From: Phormidesmis sp.
GTDB lineage: Bacteria; Cyanobacteriota; Cyanobacteriia; Leptolyngbyales; Leptolyngbyaceae
NCBI GenBank assembly: GCA_965248535.1
Contig: CBDFJR010000005.1
Location: forward strand, 2,240,001 to 2,304,000
Length of the DNA stretch: 64,000 bases
Direction of reading: 5' to 3'
Made by a program: the position numbers and the translations under genes. Below are positions 47,310-57,340 of the stretch, one piece after another; the first letter of the stretch is position 1, and each line of letters starts with the position of its first letter. The notes below the pieces were generated by a model. It was not told the origin of the DNA and searched no databases. It saw only the letters and a program-made list of their open reading frames with translations.

Positions 47310-47807
47310 CTACTGACCCGCTTTAAGCATTTCGTTCACCTGATCGGGGTTTGCTGATAAAAACTTTTGGAGCGATCGGGGGTGCATGAAGTCAAGATAT
47401 TGGGCCGCAAGGGTTGGCGGCAAAAACTCCAGCAATTGTTGATTTTCAACCCAAACTTCAATCACGCTAAAGTAGCCTCGACGATCGCGTTGGGCGACCT
47501 GCCACCCTGCTCTCTCAGCGATCTCATGAACCTGTGCTTCAGAGGTCGGCACCGAGATTGCCGCATGAAAGGGACTATAGCCAGAAGACGCTGAGTTTTT
47601 TGACCAAGTAGTTTCATTGTCGTGTCTGGGTATAAACTCAGTGCCCCGTGGAATCACTTCAATCATGGTGCCGTGAGGGTCAAGCGCGAGCGTCACATAA
47701 CAGTCTGGATGAAAGGGAAACGGAGCAGATTGTCCTTGGCAAATTTCAGCTAAAACTTGAGCAACACGCATCGGCTGATCAGCCGCGATCGAGATATGGT
47801 GAATCAT
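47310..47807 (-). CDS. VOC/glyoxalase-like protein
   Basis: MIHHISIAA...MIEV.P...HAAISV...FSVIEVWVEN..LLE. Confidence 0.7.
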   Translation of the reverse strand: MIHHISIAADQPMRVAQVLAEICQGQSAPFPFHPDCYVTLALDPHGTMIEVIPRGTEFIPRHDNETTWSKNSASSGYSPFHAAISVPTSEAQVHEIAERAGWQVAQRDRRGYFSVIEVWVENQQLLEFLPPTLAAQYLDFMHPRSLQKFLSANPDQVNEMLKAGQ

Positions 47808-47847
47808 GATAATTTCAGAGAGAGTGGTTGCCATGCTAGGGGTTTTT

Positions 47848-48132
47848 TCAACAATAGAGGGTAACATCTTCACCACAGTGATCGGCTAGATAAGAGAGAG
47901 ATTTAAACCGAATCTCAACAATTTGATCATAGAAAGGATTCAATTTGCAGAGCGGTGGAATGTGAATAATCGGGCGATCAAAAAGTTTGATTTCTCGCTC
48001 AAAGGGGCACTGAGCAGGAATGATTTTACAGAGCGATCGAGCAATAGCAGGGTGATGAATTTCTATAGACTCAAGCCAGTGCTGAATGACAGAAATCAGA
48101 TAGATTTTGTGAATTAAACTTGAACATTTCAT
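47848..48132 (-). CDS. Mo-dependent nitrogenase C-terminal-domain-like protein
   Basis: CKIIPAQCPFER...HIPPLCKLNPFY...LRFKSLSYLADHCGEDVTLYC-type motif. Confidence 0.88.
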   Translation of the reverse strand: MKCSSLIHKIYLISVIQHWLESIEIHHPAIARSLCKIIPAQCPFEREIKLFDRPIIHIPPLCKLNPFYDQIVEIRFKSLSYLADHCGEDVTLYC

Positions 48133-48360
48133 CGATTTATCCTCAATTAGAATAACTTGATCATAGAAATTCTAGAGAGGGTAAACGTCTGAAAAATGTC
48201 ATAGATTGACCTCAACGAATGGGTGATGTTCTGGATGATTTCGCTACTCTAATTGGATAGTTCTCTATGACTTTTGTCATGTCTATTCGCTAAACATCTG
48301 CCTACGATCGAGAAACCAATGATCGATTCTAGATAGGGTCAATTTGGTAACAACCTCTTG

Positions 48361-51285
48361 TTAAAGCTGTTGTCGTGCCATCAGTTGAGCAAACAATCCC
48401 GTTTGATTGGCGAGTTGATTAAAACTGCCCTCCTGCACCACGCGACCACTTTGAAAAACATAAATGCGATCGGCGTTGCGAATCGTGCTGAGACGGTGAG
48501 CGATCGCGATTCGGGTCACCTTTAGACGCTCTAGGCTTTGGCTGACGATCGCTTGAGTGCGATTATCTAAAGCACTAGTCGCCTCGTCAAACAGTAGGAT
48601 TTTGGGTTTTAAGACGAGCGATCGGGCAATCAATAATCGCTGTCGCTGCCCTCCCGAAAGGTTTGTTCCGCCTTCGCTAATCACCGTGTGCATCCCCATG
48701 GGCATCGACTCGATATCCTCAGCAAAGCCAGCCATCCGAGCCGCTTCCCAGGCTTCATCCATCGTGATCAGGGCACCACTAGCGATATTCTCAAACAGCG
48801 AGGCAGAGGTTAGGCGGCTATTTTGCATCACCACGCCTAACTGCCGTCGCACGGCATAAACATCTAGCCCCGCTAAGTCTTGCCCGTCGTAATAGATCGT
48901 GCCAGATTCAGGAACATCAAACCCCAAGAGCAATCGAAATAGGGTTGATTTGCCACTCCCCGAAGCGCCCACAAAGGCGATGAATTCGCCCGGTTCGGCG
49001 CGGATGCTGACATCATCTAAGGTTAAAGGGCCATCGTCACGATATCGAAAAATGGCGTGATCAACGACGACTCGACCCGAAAGCCGACCCGGATCAGCCT
49101 TTTCAGAATTGACTTCGGGCTGGGCTTCTAAAATCGGTTGTGCTCGTTCCCACAGGGGGACAATGTTGAGAACATCGACGATCGTGCTACTTAAACTGGT
49201 CGCTCCACTAATAAAAGTACCAAATGCTGCATTGAATGCTAGAAAGACACCCGTTGATAAACTACCTTGCTGGGATTGTGATTGCTGAAGAAAGCTGGCT
49301 GCAAACCAAAAAATTGCTGCTGTAGTGAATGCAGGCAGAATTTTGTTAATCACCGCCAGAGCATCTTCGATGCCTTGGGTGCTCAACATCCATTTAATTT
49401 GCTGACTATATTGTTTGCCCCAAAATGCAAAGGCGCGAGCTTCGGCCCCAGCAACTCGAAGTTTAGTTACTCCGTTAATTAGTTGTACCATGACTCCAAA
49501 AAGCTGCCCCTGCAATTCTAATAACGGCCGAACTTTACGAAGACTAGAGATTCCTGATATAAGGGTTACGACAATATTAATGAGCGCAACAACGGTTGCG
49601 ATTAACGCGAGTGAAGGACTGTAGTAGAAGAGTAATCCTAGATTTAGAAATGCAAACAAGCTAGTAAAAATACTTCTGAGAACTGTGCTACTCAGCTTTT
49701 GGCGGATTTGACTGATCGCGCTGACTCGTGAGTTGAGATCCCCGATCGAGTATTGCCGAAAGAAAGACGCTTTGAGATTCAACAACCGATCCCAGACGGC
49801 CGATTGAGTCGAAGCATCGGCAAAGGTTTCGACCCGCATAATCGCAAACCCTTGAGCAAGCTGAAACAGCGTGCTGCCAAAAGCAGTTGCCAACAGAGCT
49901 AAGGCAATTTGAACCAATAAGCCACGATTGGCATCCGGGATGGCACTGTCGATTAAAATAGCGGTGGCTTGCGGCGCGATCATGCCCAGCAGCGTGGTCG
50001 CCATGCCTGCCACTAAGACAACTATTAACTCTTTGTAGTGTCCTCGCAGGGCAAATTTTAGCAAGTCGATCGTGGTCAAAACTTTATCAGGCAACGGACG
50101 ATAAAACGTATAGCCTGTTGGGGTGAGCGTCGCGGCACTTTTGGCAGTGACAGGGGTACGAGTTTGCTTGATCGGGTCAACGATCTCATAGTGCGTATCC
50201 GAGACAGGCAGCACCGCAACGGGATGAGTATCGGCCATCGTGTAAGCGAGCATGGCACCACAATCTTTTTTCCACCACTGACCTTGTAGCCCGATCGAGC
50301 GCGTTCGCAGTCGAGATGCCCGTGCGATCGCCTGTAGGGGATCATGGACTCGATTTAGGTCTTCAGACTTGGCAGGCGGGCGAATCGTCACGCCTAACAC
50401 GCGCCCAACGGCACCCGCTGCGATTAACAAGGACTGATCAGGATCGCTGGCTCCTGCTTGAGCCATAACCAACTGCGGAGATTGCAGCAGCGAGGCCAAC
50501 TCGCCCAGCGTTTCCTCCATGACCTGATGATTCAGGTGCTGTCGTTCGTGAAATCGCTGTAATTCTGCGTGAGTTTCTTGCTGGTCTAAAAAATAAAGGC
50601 TTTGCAGCACATAGATCTGAAGTTGAAAAATTCCTAGCAGCAGCGTGTTGGGGTCATCAATCTCAGACGTTGTTAAGCAAGAAAGCTCGATCGTGTCTTC
50701 GGCTTGAAACCACAGATCGGCACTTAAGGGCAACAGTCCCGATTGTGGTGTAAGCAATAGTTCATCAAATCCCATCCAAATCCCACGGCCGCGCTGAATT
50801 TCCACCCAGGACACCAGATCTCGCTGAGGTTGAAAAATCTGTCCATTCGTGAGGGAAAAGTAGCGCACGCCCTCTTCTTGAAACGGCAACGCCGGAGGCG
50901 CGATCGAGGACAGTGTCAATCCAAGTTGCTCAATCCAGCCATCTGCTAATATCAGGGCTTCGCCATTGCCCTCTGCCAAGAAGTCGCGAAAATCGTCGAT
51001 CGAGACTTTTAGCAAATCGGTGTCTGCGATCGCGACTGCAAACAGTTGATAAGGCATCGCTGCAAACTCGCTGCCGATCCCAAATAGTGCTTGTCTCGAT
51101 CGGGTTGTAAATAAGTAGCGACGAGTTCCTTCGGCAACGCCTTCTTTAATAGGAATCGCAAACACGGCTAGGGAACCCGACTTAACGATCCACACCGTTT
51201 GAGTGTCATCGAGAACAATCGATTCGTTGCCTTTTAGCTGACGATACTCTCCGGTTAATCGGATGCTCTGAATTTGATCCAACAT
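48361..51285 (-). CDS. NHLP-type bacteriocin export ABC transporter, permease/ATPase (no active C39)
   Basis: GASGSGKST, LSGGQRQR, DEATSALD; N-terminal cNMP-like region; W W..DCG motif. Confidence 0.92.
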   Translation of the reverse strand: MLDQIQSIRLTGEYRQLKGNESIVLDDTQTVWIVKSGSLAVFAIPIKEGVAEGTRRYLFTTRSRQALFGIGSEFAAMPYQLFAVAIADTDLLKVSIDDFRDFLAEGNGEALILADGWIEQLGLTLSSIAPPALPFQEEGVRYFSLTNGQIFQPQRDLVSWVEIQRGRGIWMGFDELLLTPQSGLLPLSADLWFQAEDTIELSCLTTSEIDDPNTLLLGIFQLQIYVLQSLYFLDQQETHAELQRFHERQHLNHQVMEETLGELASLLQSPQLVMAQAGASDPDQSLLIAAGAVGRVLGVTIRPPAKSEDLNRVHDPLQAIARASRLRTRSIGLQGQWWKKDCGAMLAYTMADTHPVAVLPVSDTHYEIVDPIKQTRTPVTAKSAATLTPTGYTFYRPLPDKVLTTIDLLKFALRGHYKELIVVLVAGMATTLLGMIAPQATAILIDSAIPDANRGLLVQIALALLATAFGSTLFQLAQGFAIMRVETFADASTQSAVWDRLLNLKASFFRQYSIGDLNSRVSAISQIRQKLSSTVLRSIFTSLFAFLNLGLLFYYSPSLALIATVVALINIVVTLISGISSLRKVRPLLELQGQLFGVMVQLINGVTKLRVAGAEARAFAFWGKQYSQQIKWMLSTQGIEDALAVINKILPAFTTAAIFWFAASFLQQSQSQQGSLSTGVFLAFNAAFGTFISGATSLSSTIVDVLNIVPLWERAQPILEAQPEVNSEKADPGRLSGRVVVDHAIFRYRDDGPLTLDDVSIRAEPGEFIAFVGASGSGKSTLFRLLLGFDVPESGTIYYDGQDLAGLDVYAVRRQLGVVMQNSRLTSASLFENIASGALITMDEAWEAARMAGFAEDIESMPMGMHTVISEGGTNLSGGQRQRLLIARSLVLKPKILLFDEATSALDNRTQAIVSQSLERLKVTRIAIAHRLSTIRNADRIYVFQSGRVVQEGSFNQLANQTGLFAQLMARQQL

Positions 51286-51287
51286 GA

Positions 51288-53561
51288 TTAGGTCTCCTGA
51301 AGGGCTTCGCCCTCGCTGCGAATCAGTTGCAAATATTTGCCTTCGATCTGCTGTAGCTCGTCATGGGTGCCTCGCTGCACAACCTTGCCCCGATCGAAGA
51401 CAATAATTTCGTCACAATCTCGAATAGTGCTTAATCGATGCGCCACAATAACACAGGTACAGCCTCGTTCTCGCAGCTTCTGATCGACGAGTTTCTCCGT
51501 TTCAGAATCGAGAGCACTAGTCGCTTCATCCATCACGAGAATGGTCGGATTGTTGACTAAAGCACGGGCAATTTCTAATCGTTGTCGTTGCCCACCGCTT
51601 AAATTAGTGGCTCCTTCTGCGAGGTCAGCGCTATAGCCTCCCGGCATCGACAGCACGACATCCTGAATGGCAGCATCTTTGCAAGCGCGCACCAAATTGC
51701 TAAACGGAACGGTGGAATCCCACAGGGTGAGATTGTCTCGCACACTGCCTGCAAACAGCGAGATATCTTGCTCAATCAGGGCCATTGAATAGGTGATCTG
51801 CGATCGGGGAATCTGAGATCTCAGTTGACCATCGAACAGGATCTCTCCTGCCCACGGCTCATACAATCCACAAATCAGTTTGGCAACTGTTGATTTGCCC
51901 GACCCACTTCCGCCTACCAATGCGACTCGCTGACCCGGCTTGAGCGACAAACTCAAGTCTTCAATCAACGGAGGCGCAGAGCGGTTATAGCCAAAGGTGA
52001 GGTGACGCAGATCGATATAGCCTTGCAGTCGCACCGTTGCAGCCGAGAGTTCATGAATCGGTGGAGCACTGATTTCTGTCTCAACAACGGGGTCGATCGA
52101 GTTCCGCAACACGTCATCTAATCGACCGAGATTGCCTTCCATTTCCTGAAGTTCACCCGCCAGACCCACAAGGTTATTCACAGGCTCTAAAAATCGCTGC
52201 ATCAATGCTTGAAAGGCAATCAGCATTCCAATACTCAGAACGCCATCCATCACGCGCAGTCCGCCGACAACCAGTAATAGCATCGACGTAATCGCGGTCA
52301 AAAATGACGGCAATACTCCTAAGGTTTGATTGGTTGTATCCATTTCTTGCCGAGCATTGATCGCTTTGGCATAGTAGCCTGCCCAGCGCGAGAAGAATTC
52401 TGACTCTAACCCCGATGCCTTCAGCGTTTCCATACTCTGAAGTCCTGAAATAGACACGCCGCTGACTTTGCCTTGTTCTTGCATCAGCCGCAGATTGGCA
52501 TCTACGCGCTGCCGTGACACCCATCGCCAGACAGAGACATTGACGATCACAAAGGCAATCCCGATCGAGGTCAGCACGACATCGTATTGCAACATCACAA
52601 TGGCATAGAAAACCACCGTGACGGCAGAAATCACCGTTGTTGCTAATCGCCCTGAGAGCAAGCTTGCTAGGCTGTCATTCAGCCGCACTCGACTGCTGAT
52701 TTCTCCTGCAAATCGCTGGTCATAAAAGCTGACAGGCAGCCGTAAAATATGCCAGAGAAATCGGCTAGACATTCCAACTGCTAACTTAATTCTCATGCGG
52801 CGCAGAAATTTAAGCTGAAGCAGCGTTAAAAATCCGCTTAACACTGCGGTGAAAATGATGCCGAGAATTAAGGGACGCAGCCAATCGTCTCGTCCTTCGA
52901 TTAAAACATTATCAATAAACGCTTGGGAGAATGCTGGCATAGCTAACCCAGGAATCACTAACAGCAATCCTGCGATCACACAATATATTAATGCCCCGAT
53001 CGAACTCTGCAATCGATCCCACAACGCAAGCGTCAGGCTCGGTTTACGTCCTCCAGGTTGAAACTCTAACCCCGGCTCACCGACCAACACCACCCCTGTA
53101 AACGACTGATCGAATTCTGCTTGGGTGACGGTGCGCGGGCCAGTTGCCGGATCATTGAGATAAACACTATCTTTGTGAAACCCTTCAACCACCAAGAAGT
53201 GATTAAAGTTCCAGAAAACAATATAGGGACACTCTAATTTGCGTAACCCATCTAAATCGACCTTAAAGCCCTTTGCCTGCAATCCATAGCTGCGAGCCGC
53301 GTTGAGAATGTTAGACGCTTTGCTGCCGTCGCGAGAAACGCCGCAGGCTTGACGCAATTCGGCGAGGGGAACAATCCGATTGTGGTATCCCAGCACAATG
53401 CCCAATGCTGCTGCACCACATTCGACGGCCTCCATTTGCAAGAGAGTCGGAGTTTTACGGCGACGATTACTCCGAAGGGGGAACTGTTTTGCAACGGGGC
53501 GACTCACCCTCTGTTGAAGGTGTCTCAAGCTCCGCCCAATATAGCCTTGAAGTTGCTGCAT
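51288..53561 (-). CDS. NHLP-type bacteriocin export ABC transporter, C39 peptidase/permease/ATPase
   Basis: QMEAVECGAA (Cys), NHFLVV (His), LNDP (Asp), GGSGSGKST. Confidence 0.94.
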   Translation of the reverse strand: MQQLQGYIGRSLRHLQQRVSRPVAKQFPLRSNRRRKTPTLLQMEAVECGAAALGIVLGYHNRIVPLAELRQACGVSRDGSKASNILNAARSYGLQAKGFKVDLDGLRKLECPYIVFWNFNHFLVVEGFHKDSVYLNDPATGPRTVTQAEFDQSFTGVVLVGEPGLEFQPGGRKPSLTLALWDRLQSSIGALIYCVIAGLLLVIPGLAMPAFSQAFIDNVLIEGRDDWLRPLILGIIFTAVLSGFLTLLQLKFLRRMRIKLAVGMSSRFLWHILRLPVSFYDQRFAGEISSRVRLNDSLASLLSGRLATTVISAVTVVFYAIVMLQYDVVLTSIGIAFVIVNVSVWRWVSRQRVDANLRLMQEQGKVSGVSISGLQSMETLKASGLESEFFSRWAGYYAKAINARQEMDTTNQTLGVLPSFLTAITSMLLLVVGGLRVMDGVLSIGMLIAFQALMQRFLEPVNNLVGLAGELQEMEGNLGRLDDVLRNSIDPVVETEISAPPIHELSAATVRLQGYIDLRHLTFGYNRSAPPLIEDLSLSLKPGQRVALVGGSGSGKSTVAKLICGLYEPWAGEILFDGQLRSQIPRSQITYSMALIEQDISLFAGSVRDNLTLWDSTVPFSNLVRACKDAAIQDVVLSMPGGYSADLAEGATNLSGGQRQRLEIARALVNNPTILVMDEATSALDSETEKLVDQKLRERGCTCVIVAHRLSTIRDCDEIIVFDRGKVVQRGTHDELQQIEGKYLQLIRSEGEALQET

Positions 53562-53563
53562 GA

Positions 53564-55006
53564 TTAGTAGACTCCACTCCACGATCGCAGAATTGGCAAC
53601 ACAAACGAAATCGGCGATTGTTCAGAGACTTTGACCCGCACTGAGGTCGTCGTGCCGGAGGTGATTTCGGTGTCAGGGCCCTTTGACGACGACCAGCGAA
53701 ACTGGCTTTTGGTCGTGGGGTCTGGCTGAAGCTCTGCAAATACTTGAATCTGTGCATCTTTAGTAGTCAACCCCTGCAAAACTTCAGCACCGCCTACAAC
53801 ACTCGATGCACCCTCTTTGGTCACTGGAAAGGCAGACACGTTGGTCACGGTGGCCACAATGCCCCCAAAGCGTTCTCGCTTGACCGTGGAGGGCGTAACT
53901 TGCAGTTCCATCCCTTTCTGGATTTTTTTGCCCTCACTGACGGGGAAAAACATCACCCCAACTAGCTTGCTATTAGCATCTTGAGCCTCAATTGTGCCCA
54001 TGCGTCCACCCTCTTGCAAGGTTTGTCCTGGCACGACGACAACTTCTAATACTCGCCCATCAAAGCTACTGGTGACTTGACTATTGCCTTTGAGTTGCGA
54101 TTGCAATTGCACGATCGCGCGTTCGGTCTCTTGAATTTCTTTTTGACGATTCGTTGCAATGGCTGAATCTTGTTCGGCTTGCCCTGCTGATCTTGTATCC
54201 AAAGTCGATAATTGAGCCTGTAAATCTTTACCCGCATTGACGTTTTCTAGAAACTGTCGCTGGGCATCGGTTTCTTTAACATTCAACTGTTTCAGTTCCG
54301 ATTCAATTTCACCGATTTTAGACTTGCTATTGAGAAATTCTTGCTGTGCCTGAAGCACGGTGTCGCTCGAAACCGCGCCCTCTCGACGCAACTGCTGCCG
54401 CAGTTCAAACCGTTGTTGAAAGGTGGGCACTAATTCTCGCGTCGTCTGCAATTGTTGCAGCAAGGTTTGCCGCTCTTGCCGAATCGAGTCTAATCCTTTC
54501 TCCCTCAAAATCGGCGCGATCGCTTGCGTTGTCTCTAAGCTTTGCAGCAGTGCTTGCCGCTGTTGTTGAAGAGCACCTTTATCTAAAACCGTTCGCTGAA
54601 ATTGCAGCGAGGTGGCTGTGCGATCTTGCTCTTGCAGTTGACTGAGTTTTCCCCGCGCCAAATTCAGCTTTTCTTGCAGATCAGTTTGGTCGATCGTGGC
54701 GATTATCTGCCCTTTTGTGACCCGATCGCCTGGATGAATAGTCAAACTCAAAATCTTCCCAGAACTAGGAGACTGAAATGCGGCAACTTTGCTTGGAAAC
54801 ACGAGCACTCCCTGCCCTGCAATGGTAATGGGAATGCGACCGAAAACACTCCAGATCAAGCCAACAGCAATCAAAGATCCCATCGCAGCTAACGGAATCC
54901 ATTTCTTAGGCTGAACGACCTGCATCAGTTGATCAAGCCGCTCTGGAGACGATAAGCGATCGAGCGCTTCTTTTCGGAACAGGTTGCTTTTGGGAGTCGT
55001 GACCAT
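53564..55006 (-). CDS. NHLP bacteriocin system secretion (HlyD-family membrane fusion) protein
   Basis: FRKEALDRLSSPERLDQL, single TM, long coiled coil, RERFGGI, WSSSKGP. Confidence 0.92.
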   Translation of the reverse strand: MVTTPKSNLFRKEALDRLSSPERLDQLMQVVQPKKWIPLAAMGSLIAVGLIWSVFGRIPITIAGQGVLVFPSKVAAFQSPSSGKILSLTIHPGDRVTKGQIIATIDQTDLQEKLNLARGKLSQLQEQDRTATSLQFQRTVLDKGALQQQRQALLQSLETTQAIAPILREKGLDSIRQERQTLLQQLQTTRELVPTFQQRFELRQQLRREGAVSSDTVLQAQQEFLNSKSKIGEIESELKQLNVKETDAQRQFLENVNAGKDLQAQLSTLDTRSAGQAEQDSAIATNRQKEIQETERAIVQLQSQLKGNSQVTSSFDGRVLEVVVVPGQTLQEGGRMGTIEAQDANSKLVGVMFFPVSEGKKIQKGMELQVTPSTVKRERFGGIVATVTNVSAFPVTKEGASSVVGGAEVLQGLTTKDAQIQVFAELQPDPTTKSQFRWSSSKGPDTEITSGTTTSVRVKVSEQSPISFVLPILRSWSGVY

Positions 55007-55070
55007 GATTCCATTCCAATAACTGAATTTTATAGTTAGCAATTAAGTCAACGTGATTTCCAGTGTTAAC

Positions 55071-56168
55071 TCAATTGCCTCGAATCTGCTTGAGCATCCA
55101 ATCAAATCGAGTGCCCGCTAGCGTTACCTGAGCCAAAAACCCAGAACTCAACTCATCCTCATAGGTGAAGCGCTCATCTAAGGATTGACCCGCGCTATAG
55201 GTGATTCTGCCGTAGCCCAGCCGATTGATAATGCCCTGCTGTTTGTCCGCCAACAAAATCGCCAACACCCGATAAAATCGAGCCGCAAACCCCTGATCGT
55301 GCAGCAGCTTTGCAGCTAGGTGCCAGCGTGGAATTGACAGCACTGTGGCATCGTCGATCGCGCGAATCGTCATCGCCGGAGGACTCGCTTCCACAAAGGG
55401 CGTTTCGCCTACCATGTCACCCCGCGATAACTTGGCAAACTCTCGCTCGACTTGATCAGTGTTTTCCAAACTCGAAAACGCACGCATGAGCGGATTGCTG
55501 ACATCCTCCGCGATCGCTGCTGCCATTTTGCCATCTAGCAGAATGTGCAGTGCATCAACAGGTCTTCCAGCATGAACTAAGACCGATCCCGCCGGAATTC
55601 TTGTAGCAGTGCCCGCAGCAATCATCCAACCGATATCACTATCGTTTAATTCTGCAAACGTAAAGAGAATTTCTCGAAGTTGAGGCTGACACAAAACCAC
55701 TGTGCTGTGACCGATTTGGCTCACCATCTGCTCTAATCGGTGGGCTAACAGCACCGCGATCGCCCGATAGAAATGAGCCGCAAACGGGATGTCAGTCTGC
55801 ATTTTCTCGATCAACTGCTGCTGCGGAACCACCAAGACCAGCGACTTTCTGACGGCTTTAACGGTAGTAGATGATTGATGAGAGGCTAAGAACGGCATCT
55901 CACCCACGACTTCTCCGCTGGCGAGTCTGGCGATTTCCCGCCCCGACAGTTCACCCCCTTCGAGGGCAGCAAACGCTCGCCCGATCGGGTTATCGTCAGC
56001 CTGAGCTACTGAAACGGTCAAGGCACCATCCAACAAAATATAGAGAGCATTCACGGGCATTCCTTGGCGGATCAGAGTGGTGCCAGCCGCAATTTCTTCT
56101 CTCCGGCCCGTTGCTAAGATCCAGTCAATATCGCAATTACTCAATTCCTTCAATAGAACTTCTGTCAT
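55071..56168 (-). CDS. Tandem cyclic-nucleotide-binding-domain protein associated with bacteriocin-type transport
   Basis: Two repeats EL.D.DI.W...GE.PF...FAA.FYR..A.LLA; start MTEVLL after RBS GAGG. Confidence 0.88.
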   Translation of the reverse strand: MTEVLLKELSNCDIDWILATGRREEIAAGTTLIRQGMPVNALYILLDGALTVSVAQADDNPIGRAFAALEGGELSGREIARLASGEVVGEMPFLASHQSSTTVKAVRKSLVLVVPQQQLIEKMQTDIPFAAHFYRAIAVLLAHRLEQMVSQIGHSTVVLCQPQLREILFTFAELNDSDIGWMIAAGTATRIPAGSVLVHAGRPVDALHILLDGKMAAAIAEDVSNPLMRAFSSLENTDQVEREFAKLSRGDMVGETPFVEASPPAMTIRAIDDATVLSIPRWHLAAKLLHDQGFAARFYRVLAILLADKQQGIINRLGYGRITYSAGQSLDERFTYEDELSSGFLAQVTLAGTRFDWMLKQIRGN

Positions 56169-56373
56169 AGTTTGATGTCCTCTTGGGTTGCGAACGGGCG
56201 AAGAATGGGAACAACTCATTTGAATCATTTGAACAGTAGGCACCCCCAGCAATCTCGATCAGTTCTTGAACCCACGCTATGGATTAATCGCACGGTGTGG
56301 TTTCCATTAGCATGGTGTGTTCTGGTTAGGTTGTTTGCTTGGTTCAATCAATCTGATCAATTAATCTGATCAA

Positions 56374-56673
56374 TTAATCTGAACCTTCGATCGCGGCTGC
56401 ATTTCCCAGCAATCCGCCCAGAAATTCCAGATCCTCCGCACTCGCATCTGTAATGACGATTTGCAGCCCTGCCGACTCTATGGTTTCTGCCGAAAACGCA
56501 GATTTTGAAGAGCCACACCCTGCCCCGCCAGTCTCTTGAGAAAGCGAGACATTGGACTGCCGAAAAAAGGCTGCGTTTAACCGCAGATTAAGACCGCCTG
56601 ATACATCATCTAGCTCCTGATCGGATAGCTCGGCAAACGTCGGATCGGTGGGCTTTATTTCGTGGTCTGACAT
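56374..56673 (-). CDS. Double-glycine-leader peptide precursor 4 (CTB-like; 72-aa core)
   Basis: FAELSDQELDDVSGG leader; RBS AAGGAG. Confidence 0.88.
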   Translation of the reverse strand: MSDHEIKPTDPTFAELSDQELDDVSGGLNLRLNAAFFRQSNVSLSQETGGAGCGSSKSAFSAETIESAGLQIVITDASAEDLEFLGGLLGNAAAIEGSD

Positions 56674-56732
56674 AGTTGCTCCTTTAAGTCGTTTGGTAAG
56701 GGCACAGCCGAGCCATGCCCCCTCGAAATCGA

Positions 56733-56951
56733 TTATTTACCCGTTTCTTCTTCTTCAAAGATTGAGGCGCTAAAGTCGTCTGTCGATTGGAATAGAGTGC
56801 TGCGAACTCCATTGCGATTGGCTTCAAGCGTGCTGATCTGCACATCTTGTAACTCTGTGGTAGAAGCCGCTGCTCTACGATGTGCGCCGCCCGCAACAAT
56901 ATCGAGTTCTTCAGAAGTCATTTCCATGACGATGTGGGATTCTGTATTCAT
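56733..56951 (-). CDS. Double-glycine-leader peptide precursor 3 (50-aa core)
   Basis: EMTSEELDIVAGG leader; RBS AGGAG. Confidence 0.88.
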   Translation of the reverse strand: MNTESHIVMEMTSEELDIVAGGAHRRAAASTTELQDVQISTLEANRNGVRSTLFQSTDDFSASIFEEEETGK

Positions 56952-57018
56952 TGAGATCTCCTAGGATAATGGGTAGATAGTTGAGTCAGTTTCAGTGAAT
57001 TTAGAGCACAGGCAGACC

Positions 57019-57231
57019 TTAGTGGCCCGTTTCGGTAAACTCAACGATCGCAGCTTTAAAGTCGTCGGTTTGTTGAATGTTGGTGCTGTGAACTCCGTCG
57101 CGATTGGAACTGAGGTTGCTCAGTTGCACATCAACCAGTTCTTGGGTTGCAGCCGCTGCTGCTCGTCTTGCACCGCCTGCAATGATATCGAGATCTTCAG
57201 CAGACAATTCTACGGGCTTGTTGTTAGACAT
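57019..57231 (-). CDS. Double-glycine-leader peptide precursor 2 (50-aa core)
   Basis: ELSAEDLDIIAGG leader; RBS AAGGAG. Confidence 0.9.
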   Translation of the reverse strand: MSNNKPVELSAEDLDIIAGGARRAAAAATQELVDVQLSNLSSNRDGVHSTNIQQTDDFKAAIVEFTETGH

Positions 57232-57283
57232 GATGGTTCTCCTTAAGTGTTGTTGGATTGCAAAGAGTAATGAGAGTTCAGAG

Positions 57284-57314
57284 AGAGGGGATTGATCCTA
57301 AAATAATCCCCTCT
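57284..57314 (-). terminator. Intergenic stem-loop between precursors 1 and 2
   Basis: AGAGGGGATT / AATCCCCTCT. Confidence 0.45.
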
Positions 57315-57340
57315 ATAAATAGATGACCCAGACAGTAGAA

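Noticed and set aside
47848..48132. Evidence for nitrogen fixation
   Set aside because: Domain name only; no nif genes in the window
54921..54932. Fifth TGCATCAGTTGA copy
   Set aside because: Inside HlyD coding sequence (conserved DQLMQ) and lacks the RCAYCTA half
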